Source of the DNA: a virus
Taxonomy: Duplodnaviria > Caudoviricetes
DNA length: 25,016 nucleotides
IMG/VR virus record: IMGVR_UViG_3300043406_000047
Location: 1-25,016 of that record
Direction: 5' to 3' (one strand)
The stretch's first letter is position 1, and every line of letters begins with the position of its first letter. This document shows positions 23,252 to 25,016 of the stretch, piece after piece. The translations under genes were made by a program, and so were the position numbers. The notes beneath the pieces are model-generated. The model had not been told where the DNA came from. It saw only the letters and a list, made by a program, of their open reading frames with translations, and did no database searches.

Positions 23252-23706
23252 CCCGTCACCCTCCCCTGCACGGTGCTCACAGCCATTGCGTGCGCATCGG
23301 CGTAGTTCATCGGTGGATCCGTCACGCCCCACTGGTCAGCCAGGAAGCTCCGCACGCGCCGACACATGGCCTTGAGCGCGGGGTCCGGGCTGGCGTCGTG
23401 CTCCGCGCGTAGCCTGCGCCAGCACCACATGGCCCCACGCAGCCGGCACTCGTTCTCAGCGACCGCAGACGCCCTCGCAGTCACCCAGGCGTTGTAGGCC
23501 GCTACGGTGCCCTGTTCGTCGTCGTGGTTCTTCGCCCGCATGTCGTGCAACCACGACTGCTCGACGGTCGCGAGGCGAAGCGGGATGCTTGGGATGGGCA
23601 GCGGGACGCAGCAGTCGAGCCAGTGCGACTCACTCGCCAGCTTCACGGCCTGCTCGAGAGACTTCGCCCCGAGGGCGTCGCTGATGCATGCGAGGCCGTC
23701 AGCCAT
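23248..23706 (-). CDS. Hypothetical protein (152 aa) in the helicase-loader (lambda P) position
   Basis: Directly after the initiator with AGGGGG upstream; no Walker motif. Confidence 0.55.
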   Translation of the reverse strand: MADGLACISDALGAKSLEQAVKLASESHWLDCCVPLPIPSIPLRLATVEQSWLHDMRAKNHDDEQGTVAAYNAWVTARASAVAENECRLRGAMWCWRRLRAEHDASPDPALKAMCRRVRSFLADQWGVTDPPMNYADAHAMAVSTVQGRVTG

Positions 23707-24580
23707 TGGAGACCCCCTTGAGGATGCGAGCCCTGTCGGCTGCGAGGTCGCGACGCATCTGCGCGTCCGCGTCGTTGTTCACGTACCGCCGGATGACTGG
23801 CGTCTCATCGACGGGCGCGCGCTTGCCCTTGGGCGGTTGCAGGTAGCGGTCCCAGTGCTTCAGGAGGTGGCCCGGGGTGACCACGCCGCGGTTGTCCTTC
23901 ACCCACGGGTCGGCCTGGAGGTTCTCGAGCACCTTGGCGAGCTCCGCCTCCGGCTTGCAGGCGATGCGGTCGAGCTCAGAGCGCCAGGAGTGCGTGTCCC
24001 AGGTGACCGAGAGTGCGTCGGTGAAGCGTCGCTGAACTCGAAGCGCGTCACGCCGCGTCACGTCACGTTCGTCACGCCGTTCGTCACGTGACGCGTCACG
24101 CTCCGTCACGCCATTCGTCACGCTCGTGCGCGCGCGGAATTCAGAGCTCCCACTCTTCTCTGACGATTCAATTTCAGCAACGACTGCCCTGAAATCAGAG
24201 GGTTTTCTCTTCTCTTCTTCTTCGGAAACGCGCGATCGCGAGGACGAAACGTCACGAAAATCGTCACGCTGAACGTCACGATTCGTCACGCTATTCGTCA
24301 CGTTCGTCACGCGTGACGCGTCACGCTCCGTCACGCTGTTTCGGGGCGTCGCACCCTTGTTCTGGCGGTACCGGGCAGCCCGCAGACGTGCCCTTTCCTT
24401 GGCCGCTTCGTCCGTAGGCTGGGACGGTTCAGGCGCTGGGGTTGGCTCCGGTTCGAAGGTCGCCTGCGGCTCGCGGAAGGCTGCGAGAAGCTCCTCGGCG
24501 GACTGGTCGCGACCGCACTCGCGAAGGTCGTGGTACGCCTGCGCGATCGCTGCCATGGCGCGCGGAGTGACGACGATCAC
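23699..24580 (-). CDS. Replication initiator (lambda O-like / replisome organiser), ~293 aa
   Basis: GTG 24580 (GTGA overlap; alternative ATG 24556); basic helix KERARLRAARYRQNK, iteron-encoded VT/RD low-complexity linker, C-terminal DPW...TPGHLLKHWDRYL domain typical of phage initiators. Confidence 0.75.
   Translation of the reverse strand: MIVVTPRAMAAIAQAYHDLRECGRDQSAEELLAAFREPQATFEPEPTPAPEPSQPTDEAAKERARLRAARYRQNKGATPRNSVTERDASRVTNVTNSVTNRDVQRDDFRDVSSSRSRVSEEEEKRKPSDFRAVVAEIESSEKSGSSEFRARTSVTNGVTERDASRDERRDERDVTRRDALRVQRRFTDALSVTWDTHSWRSELDRIACKPEAELAKVLENLQADPWVKDNRGVVTPGHLLKHWDRYLQPPKGKRAPVDETPVIRRYVNNDADAQMRRDLAADRARILKGVSNG
24046..24336. repeat. Putative phage replication origin: two CGTCACG iteron arrays around a lower-GC spacer
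   Basis: Direct copies at 24046, 24056, 24061, 24070, 24082, 24094, 24104, 24116 and 24250, 24262, 24274, 24284, 24296, 24305, 24319, 24329; inverted copies at 24087 and 24312. Confidence 0.85.
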
Positions 24581-24813
24581 AGCGCCCTGCCCCCCGCGAC
24601 CAACCGCAGCACTGCACGGCTCTCGGTCGTGCCCGGGTCGAAGTCGACGACGTCCTTGCGCAGCTCCAGCGCGGTCGTGCTCCAGCCTTTGCCTGGCTCG
24701 GTAGGTCGCACCATGCAGACGCGTTCGTGGGGCGCTGCAAGCACCAGCACGCCGCGCCAAGAGCCCCAGCGCGTACGCACGATCACTGCGCGGCCAACGT
24801 CGCGAGGTCTCAT
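24577..24813 (-). CDS. Hypothetical protein (78 aa), small beta-barrel-like pattern
   Basis: GGAGGG upstream of the ATG; GTGA coupling to the initiator; VGRAVIVRTRWGSWRGVL. Confidence 0.55.
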   Translation of the reverse strand: MRPRDVGRAVIVRTRWGSWRGVLVLAAPHERVCMVRPTEPGKGWSTTALELRKDVVDFDPGTTESRAVLRLVAGGRAL

Positions 24814-24920
24814 GCGCCCTCCAAGACAACGTCCACGCCTGCTGGAGCGGCATCGCGGGGGAGAGACGTCGGCTCAACGGCAGACGTGGACTCTTGAGAA
24901 GTGCTCGCGGCGTCGCTCAT
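24810..24920 (-). CDS. Possible 36-aa peptide
   Basis: MSDAASTSQESTSAVEPTSLPRDAAPAGVDVVLEGA with an ATGA overlap at 24810-24813; short, and an alternative frame entering from the window edge is possible. Confidence 0.3.
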   Translation of the reverse strand: MSDAASTSQESTSAVEPTSLPRDAAPAGVDVVLEGA

Positions 24921-25016
24921 AGCTCACCGTCCAGGGAACCACTGCGCGTAAACGCTGGTCGTTTCCGGGCATGTCGCGGCACGAATGCCAGCCCTTGGGG
25001 GTGGCGAAGCGTGAAC

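Larger units (their letters stand above)
1..25016 (-). mobile_element. Phage/prophage segment: lambdoid-style replication region plus podovirus-type virion module
   Basis: Gene order initiator-rusA-terS-terL-portal-scaffold-MCP-adaptor-nozzle-ejection proteins, all on one strand; no host genes or ends visible. Confidence 0.95.

Noticed and set aside
24046-24336. Repeat array as a CRISPR locus
   Set aside because: Units are 7 bp with only a few bases between them, inside a coding gene, with no cas genes.
24874-25016. Partial gene entering from the right edge
   Set aside because: Several frames are open over this short stretch and I cannot choose among them.

Overview
This high-GC window (roughly two-thirds G+C by eye) is one continuous minus-strand segment of a tailed dsDNA phage or prophage with podovirus-type (P22/T7-like) morphogenesis genes. 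Read in transcription order (right to left) it holds: a lambda-O-like replication initiator containing an iteron origin, small early genes including a RusA-like resolvase and four Cys-rich microproteins, TerS and TerL, six ORFs including a holin-like gene, portal, scaffold, two hypotheticals, major capsid protein (MCP), three small proteins (two of low complexity), adaptor, nozzle, three large Gly/Ala/Gln-rich ejection-type proteins and three small beta-rich virion appendage genes, the last running off the left edge. I see no tape measure, sheath, integrase, endolysin, tRNA or CRISPR array. Most genes are joined by ATGA/GTGA/TGATG overlaps, which I used to correct starts and recover ORFs missing from the track. 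The most notable items are the two-array CGTCACG origin, a structured MCP leader that hides the ribosome-binding site, and a possible extra set of disordered ejection/cargo proteins sharing short motifs. All product calls come from motif and synteny recognition by eye; no database search was run, and the host cannot be determined.
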